Shown: in pieces, positions 50,169 to 63,757 of the stretch
Numbering within the stretch: position 1 is the first letter of the stretch
Layout of the letters: each line of letters opens with the position of its first letter
NCBI GenBank assembly: GCA_977017645.1
Contig: OZ360227.1
Span: 148,118,001 to 148,182,000, forward strand
Direction: 5' to 3'
DNA length: 64,000 nt
DNA from: Torpedo marmorata
Taxonomy: Eukaryota
The notes under the pieces: generated by a model
The model's input: the letters and a program-made list of their open reading frames with translations, nothing else
What the model was told of the DNA's origin: nothing
Database searches by the model: none
Position numbers and translations under genes: made by a program

Positions 50169-51314
50169 ATATATATTGTGGTTTATTGTAATCTATTGGG
50201 CCTTATGCTTTTTTTAACATGATATAAGATGGCAAAAGGAATTTTGCTTTTATATGTCTTTTAAAAAGTCAGCAATACATTGGCATACCAGCCAAGAAAA
50301 TATGCACAGATCTCTGGAGCAAGGCAAAAACCCATAATATTCTTACTCACAGGTAGCAGTAAAAAATAATGTGTTCAAGAAGAGATCTCTCAAACGAATC
50401 AAGATTCCTTTATTATCATGCATATAAATACATAAAATTTGTTTACTTTTGTTTGCCCATAAAAATCATTCAGGTTTCTTAAAGAATCCCGTGGGGAATT
50501 CTACTTCAAATAGCATGGTCATTAAGTGGGCTGCTGTAAACTTCATTTTGTCCAGGAAATTATTTTGTAACTGGAGTACATAACTTTACAATATCAATAT
50601 TTCCAATTCAGGTCCTTCATGTCATAAATAGAAACTATATGTTGGTATTCTTCTTCAGATTTTATTTTATAATTTTGAATATGATAAATATCTCCATAAC
50701 CAGAAGCATTTGAATAATTCCAAAAAACTAAATTATTTATGAGGGTAGATGGTGTCCCTTTTATTTTAACCACTTTTATTAACTTTGGACAAGAAAAATT
50801 ATATAGTGATGTCACTCTGACATTGTCATTCCATATCCGTGGAAATAAAATTTTTACTTCCATTTGCGTGTCAGGTATGGAATTATCTTAGATGAGAGAG
50901 TATGTGACAAGGTAGTAGCATACCATGCGATTGAAATGACACTATAAATCAAAACTATGACGCTGAAGTGGTTTATCAATGTCATTTCATCCAAATGTAT
51001 CACATTTGTCCTTGGAACACACACCAAGCAATATTATTTAGACTATTGCCAACTGATCATTGTCACTGAGATTGTGATAGTCAGCAAACTCAAAAGGCAG
51101 AACAAACTGATATGGCCAAAACCCAATTATGTCAAAATTGCAATTGCTACAACTTCTGGAAACATGAAATAAAATGCTGGAAATACAGAGGGAGGGAGGA
51201 AGGTTAACATTTCAGGTCAATGACCTAATCCAATGTCAAATTTGATGACAGTATTCAGTCCAAAACTTTAACACCAAGTTTGATTTGCAAGGGTACTGAC
51301 ATTTCTAATTTTTT

Positions 51315-51456
51315 CCTTTTTTTAATGTTTGATCCTGCAGATGTATCACCCAACATGGAGCTCATTCTCAGAAACTGCCTTTTTTTTGGGCCTTTTTTTA
51401 ATGTTTGATCCTGCAGGTGTATCACCCAACAAACAGCTCATTCTCAGAAACTGCCT
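51315..51456. repeat. Local direct duplication, two 66-bp copies
   Basis: 51315-51380 and 51391-51456: cctttttttaatgtttgatcctgcag.tgtatcacccaaca...agctcattctcagaaactgcct. Confidence 0.9.
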
Positions 51457-53012
51457 GCAGCAGAACAATGGTTAAAGTGTATGTTACATTCTTTCAAGGA
51501 ACAGCTCCATCATAATGGGTGACATAACTGCTCCTGAACTGTATAACTCCTCAGCAGTGTAAACAAAATAATACAATTAAAATAATAAAGTTCCTTTTAA
51601 ATTGTAACCTCATCCATCTATTAATGTACAGCATATTACTGAAATACTTTTCAGGTATATCAAGAATATAGGTGCAATTCTGCATCTGAGTGCTCACTCT
51701 GTGATCTGTGCTTCTGTGTGGAAGATCAGCACAGGCCAAAGGCTCTCCATCATTATTTTTGTGCTGATAGAATATGTTCTCCCAGCAATCTTTTTTTAAC
51801 CTTAGCTCTGCTGCATTGTCAAGGGAAGGATTTAATTTTTCAACTTAATTTTCCCCGGGTCTCTTGGTACTTTTTGCACAATTCTATAATGTGTGTGAGA
51901 TAGATCAAAGAGTGACTTTCCCTCTGGCATTTTTTTTTCAGTTTCTCCCTGTTTCTGAGAAACCAGATTCCAAAGGACAGTTTCCAGGAATTCAGAATCC
52001 TGTGTTAATCCATTGAACAACTGAACAATGTCGACAAAACAAGTTCCAATCTTGATTAATTTCTGTGTTTACTGATTTCAACATGGGCATTGTAATAGTT
52101 TCAGAATGAGAAAAATATTTCACAATATCTTTGGAAAATCTAAATGTCATGGTATCAGCCACATTGAAGCACCAGTTGAGATGTATTTAACCTCACAATT
52201 CGCTTGAAGATAAACATATCCCATAGGAAACAGATGGTGGTGTGGAAAATACTGAGCAGCTTGTTATGGCCATGATAACCCTGACAAATTTTCAAAATCA
52301 GACTCCAGGAATATATATTAGATTGAAAGGGGTTAAAATTACATTGAACACATCAGAGAGTTGCCGAAATCAAGGTTTGTAGTTATAAGGAAAGATTGGA
52401 TCTTCTAGGTTTACTCTCACTGGAACATAAGAGGTTGAGAGATGTGCTTACAGAAGTTTATAAAATTATAAAGGGCATAGATGGGATAGATCATCAGATT
52501 TTTTTTTCCCAGAGCAGGGGAGTCTAGGAATAGAGAACACAAGTTCAAGGTAAGAGGGGAGAAATTTAAAGATCTGTGGGGTAAGTTTTTCAAGCAGACT
52601 GTACCGGAAAATTCACTTATCCGGCATCTACCAATCCCCCTGTGTACCAAATACCAGGAGTTTTACTGTATATAGGAAAGTGACAGAATGAAATGCTCAT
52701 TTTGGACAAATAATTTTAAATGACAACAAATAGAAGTAAGAGGATTATGTTTGAACAATTAGCAACTTATGAAATGTGTTTCAATTGCATTAGGGTGCAA
52801 TGCCCTAATTTTAATTTTGTTCATTCAGTGGAAGCCAGGCTGAGTTATAGGTAGGATAGGTAGCATGGAGAGGAGAGGGAGAAGCACTGGTGCTATTATA
52901 ATAACAAGAATGATTTACACACATGTCCTCTCTTGATTTTATGCTGAATATTTGTTATCTCTGCCAAAGATGACCAAAAGGGCCAAAATATATCAGATTT
53001 ACAATGTAATAA

Positions 53013-53275
53013 AGGGCAGCGCGGTTGGCGTAGCGGTTAGCACTCCGCCTTTACAGTGCCAGCGATCAGGACCGGATCGGGGTTCGAATCCTGCGCTGTC
53101 TGTAAGGAGTTTGTATGTTCTCCCCGTGTCTGCGTGGGTTTTCTCCGGGGGCTCCGGTTTCCTCCTACCGTTCAAAAACGTACAGGGGGTGTAGGTTAAT
53201 GGTGTGTAAACTGGGCGGCACAAACTCGTGGGCTGAAATGGCCTGTTACAAGTGCTGTATGTCTAAATTACATTA
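53013..53275 (+). mobile_element. tRNA-derived V-domain SINE (young, CpG-rich)
   Basis: ggttggcgtagcggttag A box, ggttcgaatcc B box, V domain. Confidence 0.9.
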
Positions 53276-55121
53276 AAATTAATAAGAATTAAGTGAAAGT
53301 ATGGAAAACCAGGGGAAATCTTTAGTCTTATAGCTTGGATTCAAGATGTCTTGTTCCTTCTCAGATATCATGTTATAGAGCTGAAGACTTCCATCCTCCA
53401 TCTTTTAAGTGATGGCCGTGGTTTGGAATCTCTCTCCTCATTCTCTCTATCCTGCTGATAATTGAGAAAAATGGTTGACAAAGCATTTCCCTCTTTGCCA
53501 CAATCAATTCACGCCTACTCACTCCATAGTGGGCAACAAGAAGGCATAGCTACTTTTCATAAGTTCATGTCCAAACATAATGCCCTTCATATCACTCTGT
53601 ATCGACTTCTGACACTGTGATAAGTTTTCAAGGACTCATAATATTAACTCTCCTGTAATAAATCACTGACTATTCTGCAATAAAAATGCATATTCCTGGT
53701 ACGAACCATGCTATAAAATGTGCACATGCATCTTGCTTAAAGTTCTGGTCAAATTAGAATGTATTAAGCCTAAGTGATGCAAAACAGAGACCACAGTATA
53801 CAAACCTCACTGTTTTGGCAGACATCAGTGAAGGAGATATTATCTCAGAATCTAGTAAAGATCATGGAACAACCAAAACTTATGACACAGCAGGAGGCCA
53901 TTCAGCAGATTACTACCCCAGAAGTATTTATCACAAAATACCATCTCGTATGAGGAAAATTAATGATTTTAAAAAATGTTTAAAAACCTATAAATATTAA
54001 AGCTAGTTGTTCACACTATTGGAATGTTCTGATTAGATTGTTGGGAATTGAACACAGTCATGTTTGCTTTTTATACTGCCTGCCTTTATTTGTCACATTA
54101 ATTAATTGACTCATACTGTTTTGGATAAGCACCATCATTATTAATGCCAATTTTGATTAATGGAGACTCTCAAAATCTGAAATCACCATGATAAAACATA
54201 TATTCCACCCGAGTCTTTGTTAGCCACATAACATTGACATATTACAAACAAAAATGTTCTTTAAAATGTTTTATGATCTTTTTTTCAAAAATTCATAATT
54301 AAAATGTTAGCTGATATAATGTTGCCTTAACCTTCTATTTGATTGGTGAATTTATGTCTCTTGTCTCATTTAATTTCACATCCTTGATAAATTACATGTA
54401 TCAATCAATCATAAGAAGTCATACTTCATAACATTAACAAAAAAAATTTTTCCTGACATCACGAGAGTTTATTTCTCCTTAGATAAATTGGTCACAAAAG
54501 TTTTGCAGAGAAAAAAGGAAATATTATTTCTTGCCTTTAACAATAAGATTAACAAACACAACCAGATGATACAAGGCTCTGATATTTGAGTCTTGCTTTA
54601 GCAATATGTAGTATCTCTACTTACATTCCTCAGGAATGATACAAAAATTTTTGGGGAAGAATAGGATCAGGGTTAAGCCTTTGAGTCCATGCTGCCTTTA
54701 CAATTAGACAATGCTATTTAATTTCTTGTGCATTTTGTAACTCCAACACCTTCGCCAAACAATAACCTTTCAATCTCGTCTTGAAATTGCTCAGTGGCAT
54801 TTTCAAGGACAGGTATCAAGATTTTTGTGACAAAAACAAATTGTGAATGCTGGAAATATAAAATAAAAATTGCAGATGATACTGATACATTGTCAGGAGA
54901 ATCTGTAAAGAGGAAATGAATTAATGTTACTGGATGAAGATCTTTTATAAATTTCTATGATCCTTTGAAGCAATTCTTCAGAAGAATATCCCTTGTTGCG
55001 ACTTATAGATTAGCGTTCCTTGTTCTAGACTTAATTACAAGAAGAATCAATTTCCCCTTTTAACTCAATTAACAATTTCAATACCTTCAGAAGATCACCA
55101 TAGAATCTTCTCTGCTTTAGG

Positions 55122-56420
55122 CAATAGACAATAGACAATAGGAGCTGGAGTAGGCCCTTCGGCCCGTCGAGCCAGCACCGCCATTTTACAGATCATGGCT
55201 GATCACTACTATCAGTACCCCTTACCAGCCTTATCCCCATAACCCTTAACTCCTCTGCCCACTAGAGTCTTATCTAACTCTCTTTTGAACATAATCAGCG
55301 AATCTGCCTCTACCACCCTCTGTGGCAGAGCATTCCACAGATTCACACTTCTCTGGGTAAAAAAAAATTTCCTCATCTCCGTCCTAAAGGGCCTTCCCTG
55401 TATTCTTAAACTATGCCCTCTTGTCCTCGTCTCTCCCATCATTGGGAACAAGTAATCTGACTTCACCCTGTCTATCCCCTTGATAATTTTGTATACCTCA
55501 ATCATGTCCCCCCTCATCCTTCTAAACTCCATCGGATATAAGTCCAGTTTTTCTAACCTTTCAGCATATGTCAACCCTGCCATCCCTGGAACTAACCTTG
55601 TAAATCTGCGCTGCACACCCTCTATAGCTAGTATGTCCTTCCTCAAATTTGGAGACCAGAACTGGACGCAATACTCCAGGTGGGGTCTCACCAGGGCCCT
55701 GTACAACTGCAGAAGGGCGTCTCTGCTCCTATACTCCAATCCCCTCTTTATGAAAGCCAACATGCCATTTGCCTTCTTCACAGCTTTCTGAACCTGCATG
55801 TTAGCCTTCAGTGACCGGTGAACAAGTACACCCAGATCCATTTGCACTTCCCCACTCCCTAGCTTGTCTCCATTTAAATAATACTCAGCTTTCCTATTAC
55901 TGCCCCCAAAATGGATAACCTCACATTTGCTCACATTGAACTTCATCTTCCATTCTTCAGCCCACTCCCCCAACCTGTCCAAGTCCCTCTGCATTTTCCT
56001 GACATCCTCTTCACACTTTACACCGCCACCCAGTTTAGTGTCATCTGCAAATTTGCTCATGTTATTAATAATCCCATCATCCAAATCATTTACATAAATG
56101 ACAAACAACTGAGGACCCAACACCGATCCCTGCGGCACTCCACTCGTCACATCCTGCCATCCTGAAAAAGACCCGCTTACCCCAACCCTTTGTTTCCTAT
56201 TTCTTAACCAATTTCCTATCCATGTCAGCACCTTACCTTCAATACCATGCTCCCTGATCTTGCCCACTAGTCACACCACATCCACTGGCTCTCCCAAGTC
56301 CACCCTCTTTGTCACATCTTCGAAAAATTCCAGAAGGTTAGTCAAGCATGACTTACCCTTAAGGAATCCATGCTGACTAGCCCTTATACTATTATTTCTG
56401 CCTAAGTGTTCTGCTATTAC
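55122..56420 (-). mobile_element. Young CR1 LINE, 5'-truncated, with 351-aa open RT segment
   Basis: ORF 55212..56267 (SGVPQGSVLGPQLF, KFADDTK); (CTATTGT)n tail at 55122-55141; deletion of the YLDFxKAFD motif near 56270. Confidence 0.93.
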
Positions 56421-59379
56421 TCCAATCTATGTATCCAATTGTCATAGCTTCAACCTCTTAGCTCATTGGCATTCTCAACTGATTTCCATTGCCTCCAAAT
56501 CTGTACAGAGAGCTGAGAAAAAATTGAACATTTCTTCACTCAGCACTTGAAATGACAAAAATATGGGGAACTCAGTTAGAAGCCCAGTTATCTTTCTCAC
56601 TGTTAAAAAGTACATTATGTGTCTGATTTTCCACACCTCATGTGGCAAAGGTATTTTTTGCAAAGAATTTCAAAACAGAATCACATCCAGGAATACAGCA
56701 CAGAGAATATCCTGAGATTAAACCATAAATTAATACTACATGTTTAGTCGTCAAATCATATTTCAAAACACATATAAAGGACCAATAATCATTTTAAGTT
56801 ATCACACAGAAATTTTAATGGCACCAGTCAAACAAATTGATGTAACTTTTGGATTTTTAGAATTTCATAAATTATCAATGCACATCTGATTCAAAACTTT
56901 GAAACTTTGAAACAGAGTGTTACATACGTGATTCTTGTTTGTTAAGAAATTAAAAACAAATTTAGAAATAATTAATGCAATATATCTGAACAACATGACC
57001 ACTTTGCTTGCTGAACGATGCATGTATCTAATGACAGTTATTAGTTACAAATAATTTTATAACATTTTTCTCTTTTGAAGGTTAACGGCAGTTTCAGCAA
57101 ACAGACCATATCCTCAATTATCTGAGAACTTTGCCTTTTCATTTATCAACTCAAAGCTGTGTATGCTTAGCACTATCATGACACTGCATGAGTAATCTGT
57201 TTAATGAATTTGAACCTATGCTCTCTCTCTCTCTCTGAAGAAAAACCAGCACAGACCAGAAATTTTGCAGCCTCAACCAATTCATATATTCATGTGAGAA
57301 CAGTATCATGATGCACAAATAAAATGTATAGTATACCTGAAGGAGCAGACAAAAAATAAATCTGCACCATACCTTTTACACAGCCTGTTTAGTGGGAAGA
57401 GCACATGGATGATTTATTTTATATTCTGCCCAATCTTATGCTTTATTGACATTAAAATTAGAGCTCAGAGCTGGTCAATTATGTTACTTTGCACTGCATG
57501 CCCAAAATGCAAAAAATGTATAAAGTCAAATGTGCTTGCTTCATATATCTTGTTGATCGAATCCATATTCATCTGTTCCCTCTTGTTCCCTTTCCTGACA
57601 GAGGTCTGTACACAGATTATGCTACCTGCAAATGACTGTGGGAATTTAAAAGTTGCCAATGGTTCATTAAGCAAAGTGCTGACTCCTGATGTAATGAATT
57701 CATTTGCTTTTATCTTTATGGCATTTTAATGAATAGCATCAGAATATTCAAAATTTATATTTTTAACAACAGCCCAGAAATTCATTGTGTACTTGTAAAC
57801 AATGATTAATATGAAATTGCACAAGGAACCAATGTCAGCATGTCCTGGTACATCTCAGGGATAACTTTTCATGTGTGCAAATATGCAATCTTCTGGAATT
57901 TGAGAACATTAAAAACACGTAACTTCACATAACACTCAAAATCTTGACATTGTTCTCTGATTACAGTGGAGGGTTCCAGAAAGTGAGAGCATTGTTTCAC
58001 CAAGCCAATATTCAGCTCTATTGTATTCATGACGGCTTGTATTCAATGCATTCTATCGATGTGTGTATGTGGGTTGTGCAGTTAATTGGTGAGCCACATC
58101 CTTCATTAATTGTCTTTGCCAGCTTCACAAAGTGACTCAAATAAAGCTGGTACAGTAGATTGCTGAACAATGACGGTATCATCACCATTGCAATATGTAG
58201 CCTGCTATTGTCACACACTACCCAGTTGTTGAGGAGCGTAGAGTCGTTTTGATTTGCTTTTGGGCAGAATTGATCTGTGTCAATTTTAAACAATGTTTGA
58301 ACGATGTTTCACCTGGCTGGTAGTGGGGATCTAAAACCAGGGCTCTCAGTCTCAGTAAAAGGTGTAAGACACTTCAAACTGAGAAAAATTTCACTGAGAG
58401 AGTGATAAACCTCACTGCAGAGTACATAAATGTACTTAAGAAGGAGATAAATTTCAACACAAAATTCTTCAAGGGGTTTTTGGTGGGAGAGGGAGTAGGG
58501 GGCTTTGAGATAGAGGTGAGATAGAGGATCAACCACAAACGGAATGAATGGTGGAAAAAGGCTCGAAGGGGAAAATAACCAAATCCTCATCTTATTTGTT
58601 TCCATATTGTTTCCTCTAAGGGCACAAAAAGAACTTAAATATGCCATGAGCCATTTCAATGATGCGCTATTTCTGCTCAATGCTTTTTATGACTTTTTCA
58701 TGACAGAATTACTTTTTCATGCCCTGAACAGCATCTTTTTAAACGTGAGCGACTAAGGCATGGACACACAGGAATTCCAGGTTTAATACAGGGGCTTTAA
58801 CCAGGATACTAGTAGCAGTGGTCCTCAGAGTTCTGGTTTACAGAACTGAAAATCATTTAAACATTCCTCAAATATTGAAATAATTGCCACTTTATGTTGG
58901 AAATATGGGTTTGGCATATTCTTTCATTTCTCAAATCTGGAAGCAAATCTAACCAAATACATACCGTAGGTTTCAAAATTTTGAAATGCATTTGTAAAGA
59001 TCTTGAATGAAACTTGCTCAGGCTGTATAAACCCAATATAAAACAGACCAGGATTTGAGGAACAGAAGTGAATAGTTTGTCACTGGTTAAAAACACTAAA
59101 CTTGGAACACCATTCACCAGACTAAGCTGGCAAGGTCACAGCCCAGTGCACCCCAATAGTCTTTAAACCATGTGCAGATGCCAATAACGTGCATTTATTG
59201 TGCTCCTCAAAAAGCAGTCAGATTTCAATTCCAGTGTATACTTTTGCAAACTGTCAATGTCACCTTTAAAGGCTACAAAATAAGCAAGAAGGAAAAAGTG
59301 CAATAGAATACAGCATCATTGAAGATTAATGTTAAGAGTTGAATTATTACCATTAAAAAGAGTCAGGGCAGCAATGTAG

Positions 59380-59530
59380 TTAAACAAGAAAATCTGCAGA
59401 TGCAGGGATCATGTGCAATGCAAAACATGCTGGAGAAACTCAGCAAGTCACGCAGCCATAGGAAGTAAAAGGAATCCAACGTTTCAGGCCTGAGCCCTTC
59501 ATCAAGATCTCCTGAGTTTCTCCAGCAGCA
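59380..59530 (-). mobile_element. Penelope terminus with hammerhead motif and short inverted repeat
   Basis: Minus strand cttgatgaagggctcaggcctgaaacgtt; catgctggagaaactcag...ctgagtttctccagcagcatg. Confidence 0.7.
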
Positions 59531-59547
59531 TGGAGCAGCATGCAGCA

Positions 59548-59772
59548 TGGGTCGGCAAGGACAGCGTAGCGGTTAGCGCAACGCTATTACAACGCCATCG
59601 ACCCGGGTTCAAATCCGGCGCTCTCTGTAAAGAGTTTGTACATTCTCTCTGTGTCTGCGTGGGTTTCATTTGGGTGCTCTGGTTTCCACCCACCTTTCAA
59701 AACATATGGGGGTTGTAGGTTAATTGGCGTATTTGGGCAGCACAGGCCTGTTACTGTGCTGTATGTCTATAT
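59548..59772 (+). mobile_element. tRNA-derived V-domain SINE
   Basis: Same family as 21428-21710. Confidence 0.87.
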
Positions 59773-60723
59773 TTTTACAATAATTTGATCAGGACAGCGA
59801 TGTGCTATTTGCACATTGGTTTAATATTTATTGTATTCATAGCAAGTTAGGCTTTGTAAGTAAAAATAAGTCTTTGTTCAACCCTTTAGTAACAATACCC
59901 TTTTTAGGGAGGTGAAAATGAAAAAAAAACTTTGGTGCAGGAAATCAGAAATAAAAAGAAAAAATGCTGAAAATATTTGGTAGTGCAGGCAAGCACCTAT
60001 GGAGAGAAAGTCAGATTTTCAGGTCATCGTCCTTCATCAGAACAGGAGAGAGAAAAACAAAGTCATAATTTTAAGTTAATAATAAAGGAGTGTTGACCTA
60101 AAATGTTAGCTTTGTTTCTCTCTCCACAATCACAACCAAATGTGGATATTTCTAGCCCTTCTGGTTTTCATTATCCCTTTTAAGTAAACTCTTTGGAATA
60201 GTGCAGAGGGAAATTTAATATTCATCCAGCAAGTGACAAGATCAATATGGGAGATTTTAATGTTGACACCAATTGAGGTCCAACATAAACATTTATTAGT
60301 TTTGGACAGTGATATTTGTTTCGTCAGTCAGCGTTTAACTAAAATAGGAGCAAAGAAAATTCTTCTCAAATTATAATAAAACAAATGTCCAATTCTCAAT
60401 ATATATCATGTAAATAGGAAGTCCTGCAGAGTTTTTAATACACTTCAGAAAATCCTGGGAATGTTCAGAAGGCCAGGCAGCATCTGAGAAAAACATTCTT
60501 TAATGTTTCATGTCAATGATCATTGAATAGTACTGATGAATGGTTTCCTGTACCACAGCTTCCCTCTGACCTGGACATGATTTTCAGTTCCTTTGTTTTA
60601 AATTTAATACATTATGATTCTGTTTAAAAACATTAATTTCAACCTATTATTCATGTTTATTGTGAAAGGAATGAGTAATGTTTGGCTGGAATGGTCAGTA
60701 TCAGGAAATACAGAAGAACTCAC

Positions 60724-60864
60724 CATAAGGGAGTGCAGTGGGTGAATCTACATCAATGCACGTCCCATTTATCATATTCTTTCCATCCGGACATAAACAT
60801 GTAACACCAGTTGGATTCAGCAGACAAAGCCACTCACATTTCTTTTTGTTACAAGGATTTGGTA
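60724..60864 (-). CDS. LRP1B: LRP1B coding exon (141 bp), EGF-like: [47 protein letters not shown]
   Basis: ccacag|TACCAA...CCTTATG|gtgagt; phase 1-1; six-Cys EGF pattern; inside ORF 60701..60886. Confidence 0.93.
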
Positions 60865-60974
60865 CTGTGGAGGGCACAGAAAGCACATCTTACTGACAGA
60901 GTAGATGTTTCAAAGTGTGCTGAGCATTCAATTCATACTTGGTTTTGTTCAGCTAATGCTGGTACTGTACTTAC

Positions 60975-61151
60975 ATTCTTGTTGTTTGTACTGATGGAAT
61001 ACTATTGTAGCTGAAGCATCATTAAGACCTGATATCAAATATTCAAGGTGAGCTCTTCCAAATTTATGAACTTTAAAAATGCGACTATTGGTATGTGTGA
61101 CCCCATAAATATAATCTTCAAAAATATCAATGCTGAAGGGAGTTTGGAGAC
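60975..61151 (-). CDS. LRP1B: LRP1B coding exon (177 bp): GLQTPFSIDIFEDYIYGVTHTNSRIFKVHKFGRAHLEYLISGLNDASATIVFHQYKQQE
   Basis: ttcaag|GTCTCC...AAGAAT|gtaagt; phase 1-1; translated by hand (not in ORF track); 'IDIFEDYIYG...KFG' is typical of LRP1/LRP1B. Confidence 0.93.
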
Positions 61152-61259
61152 CTTGAACAATAAAACAGATTGTATTCTTACTCCCTTTCTCTACTAGGAA
61201 ACTGTAATATTCTTTTCAGATTGCAAATAAGAACAAACTAAGTATAAAAAGTGTGCTAC

Positions 61260-61376
61260 CTTCTTTTGCATTGGCAATGACGACAGAATCACTTCCATCA
61301 AAGCGAGCACTGCCCACAATTGAGAGCTTTGCATCTGCCCAATATAAACGCTGGTTAAAATGATCAAGTGCTAGTC
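61260..61376 (-). CDS. LRP1B: LRP1B coding exon (117 bp), end of last YWTD beta-propeller: [39 protein letters not shown]
   Basis: Minus strand ttag|GACTAG...AAAGAAG|gtagca; phase 1-1; YWAD repeat; most 5' exon found in the window. Confidence 0.93.
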
Positions 61377-61734
61377 CTAATGAAAGGAAGAAAATGATTA
61401 TCATGCTTAGAAGTACAATGACAATGTAAATATATTTGCTTATTTTTTTATTAGATTATTTTTATTTCATTTATGCAGAAATCCATAAAATGTATTTTCT
61501 TCCTGAATTAACAGAAACAAATCCTATCATTGACACTTTTTTTTAAACTTAAATGTGTGGTTGTAAAGATTTAACACTGATTTAAAAAAAATAAAGATTG
61601 TGAAAGATTCTGCAGAAAATTGACTTAATTATTTTTATACATTCATTTTTTAAAATCAGATTTCAGAAATCTAAGGCACTGGCAAAGAATAATGTGAATG
61701 CTCTGTATCAGAACCAATGAAAGATTGTTAGTGG

Positions 61735-62470
61735 GTTAAACAGGAAAGTCTGCAGATGCTGGGATTGTAGTGCAATACACAAAAGTGCTGGAGAAACTCA
61801 GCAGGTCAGGCAGTGTCCAGAGGAAGCAAAGATATATAACCAATGTTTCCAGTCTGAGTCCTTCATCAAGGTATGAGAAGAAAGCAATTAGGCACTTGAA
61901 TAAAAAGATAGGGGGAGAAGGGAAGAAGGGGGAGGGGTACGAGCACTAACTAACAAGCTGGAGGTCATAGATGGGAGAGGGTAGCTCTCTGAATGGAGAG
62001 GGAGGGGGCAGGGAGTTGGAGGAAAGGAGACAGAGGGATAGGGAAAGAGAGAGAGAGAGATGGGAGAGGCCTAATGCAAACCAGAGAAATCGATGTCATT
62101 GCCATCTGCTTGGAGAGTGCCCAGACAGAATATTAGGTGTTGTTCCTCCAATTTGTGGATTGCCTCGGCTTGGCAGTGCTTGAAGTAATAGATGGATATG
62201 TCGGCATGTGAATGGGGTGTGGAATTGAAATAGTTGGCCATTGGGAGGTCCCCTTTATTGTAGCGGACAGTGTGTAGGTGCTCAATGAAATGATCTCCCA
62301 GTCTGCGTCCAGTATCTCTGATCCAGAGGATGCCACAAAGGGGGCAAATGGATGCAGTAAAGGGCCCCAGCAGATTCACAAGTGATGTGTGACTTCACTT
62401 GGAAGGATCGCTTGGGGCCCCAAATGGTGGTGAGCGAGAGGTGTGGGCTCAAGTGTAGCATTTCCTGCAG
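61735..62470 (-). mobile_element. Penelope-like element 3' part (older)
   Basis: ORF 62071..62379: DTGRRLGDHFIEHL...PMANYFNS...KLEEQHLIFCLGTLQADG. Confidence 0.85.
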
Positions 62471-62484
62471 TCAACCCCACCACT

Positions 62485-63613
62485 TATGTCATATCACTGG
62501 CTCTACATAAAACTCTGTAACACCTGAATAGCAAAGATGCATACCCTGTACATCAGAATGCTTTTTATTGACTACAGTTTGTCATTCATCATCTCCTCAA
62601 AACTGATCAGTCGACTCCAAGATATGGGCCTCAATACCACACTGTGTAATTGGATCCTGGATTTCCTCATGTCCAGACCCCAATCAGTATGGATTGGCAA
62701 AAGCATCTCCACAATCTACATCTACACTGGAGCACCACAGGGCTGCGTACTTAGCCCCCTGCTCTACTCTCTGTACACTGATGACTGTGTGGCTTGGTAC
62801 AACAAATAAACCATTTACAAATTTGCTGGCGATATGCAATAGTGGGCTGTATAAAATGGGGTGATAAGTCAGCATACAAGATGGAAATTAAAAACTTGGC
62901 TGATGGGTGAACTAACAACAATCTCTCACTCAATCTCACCAAAACCAAGGAGCTGATTGTAGACTTCAGGAAGGGAAAACCAGAGGTGTACGATCCAGTG
63001 ATCATTGGGGGATCAGAGGTGGAGAGGTTGAACAAATTTATATTGCTGGGAGTTACTATCTCGGAGGACCTTTCTGGGGCCGACACACTCATGTCATTGT
63101 GAAGAAAGCACTTCAGCGCCTTTACTTCCTCAGGAGTTTGTGGAAGTTTGGTATGACATCGGACACCTTGGCAAACTTCCACAGATGTGTAGTGGAAAGT
63201 GTGCTGACTGGCTGCATCACGGCCTGGGGTATGGGGGCACTGGATAAGCTCTGGACAAAGTCCTGGATAAGGTAATAGACACAGCCCAGTACATCACAGG
63301 CAAAACTCTCCCCACAATCGACAAACTCTACATGGAATGCTACCGTTGGAGAGCAGCAGCAATCATCAAGGATCCACACCACCCAGGACATGCCCTGTTC
63401 TCAACGCTGCCATCAGGAAAGACGTATAGGTGCCACAAGACGTATCACCAGGTTCAGGAACAGTTTCTACCCCTCCACCATCAGACACCTAAACAACAAA
63501 CTCAAAGACTCATTTAAGCACTCTTTACACATTATTTATTACTGAATATTTATTTTTTATGTATTGCAGTTAGTTTGTTTACATTTCTTTCTTTGTTTAC
63601 TGTAACTCTCTTT

Positions 63614-63677
<64 letters not shown>

Positions 63678-63757
63678 AAATATAGTTGCACTACCGATAA
63701 GTAGGAATTCTGCCTGGCCCGCAGGTAAAAGTATCTCTGGGTTGTATGTGATGTCAT
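62485..63757 (+). mobile_element. Rex1/Babar-type LINE, same family as 5469-6802
   Basis: [36 protein letters not shown]; degraded. Confidence 0.88.
63619..63673. repeat. (TA)n microsatellite in the LINE 3'UTR
   Basis: About 27 TA units. Confidence 0.97.

Noticed and set aside
20668-61376. Calling the gene LRP1 or LRP2
   Set aside because: The juxtamembrane WSGTQCERPAPKSSK, tail [12 protein letters not shown] and terminal RETVA match LRP1B.
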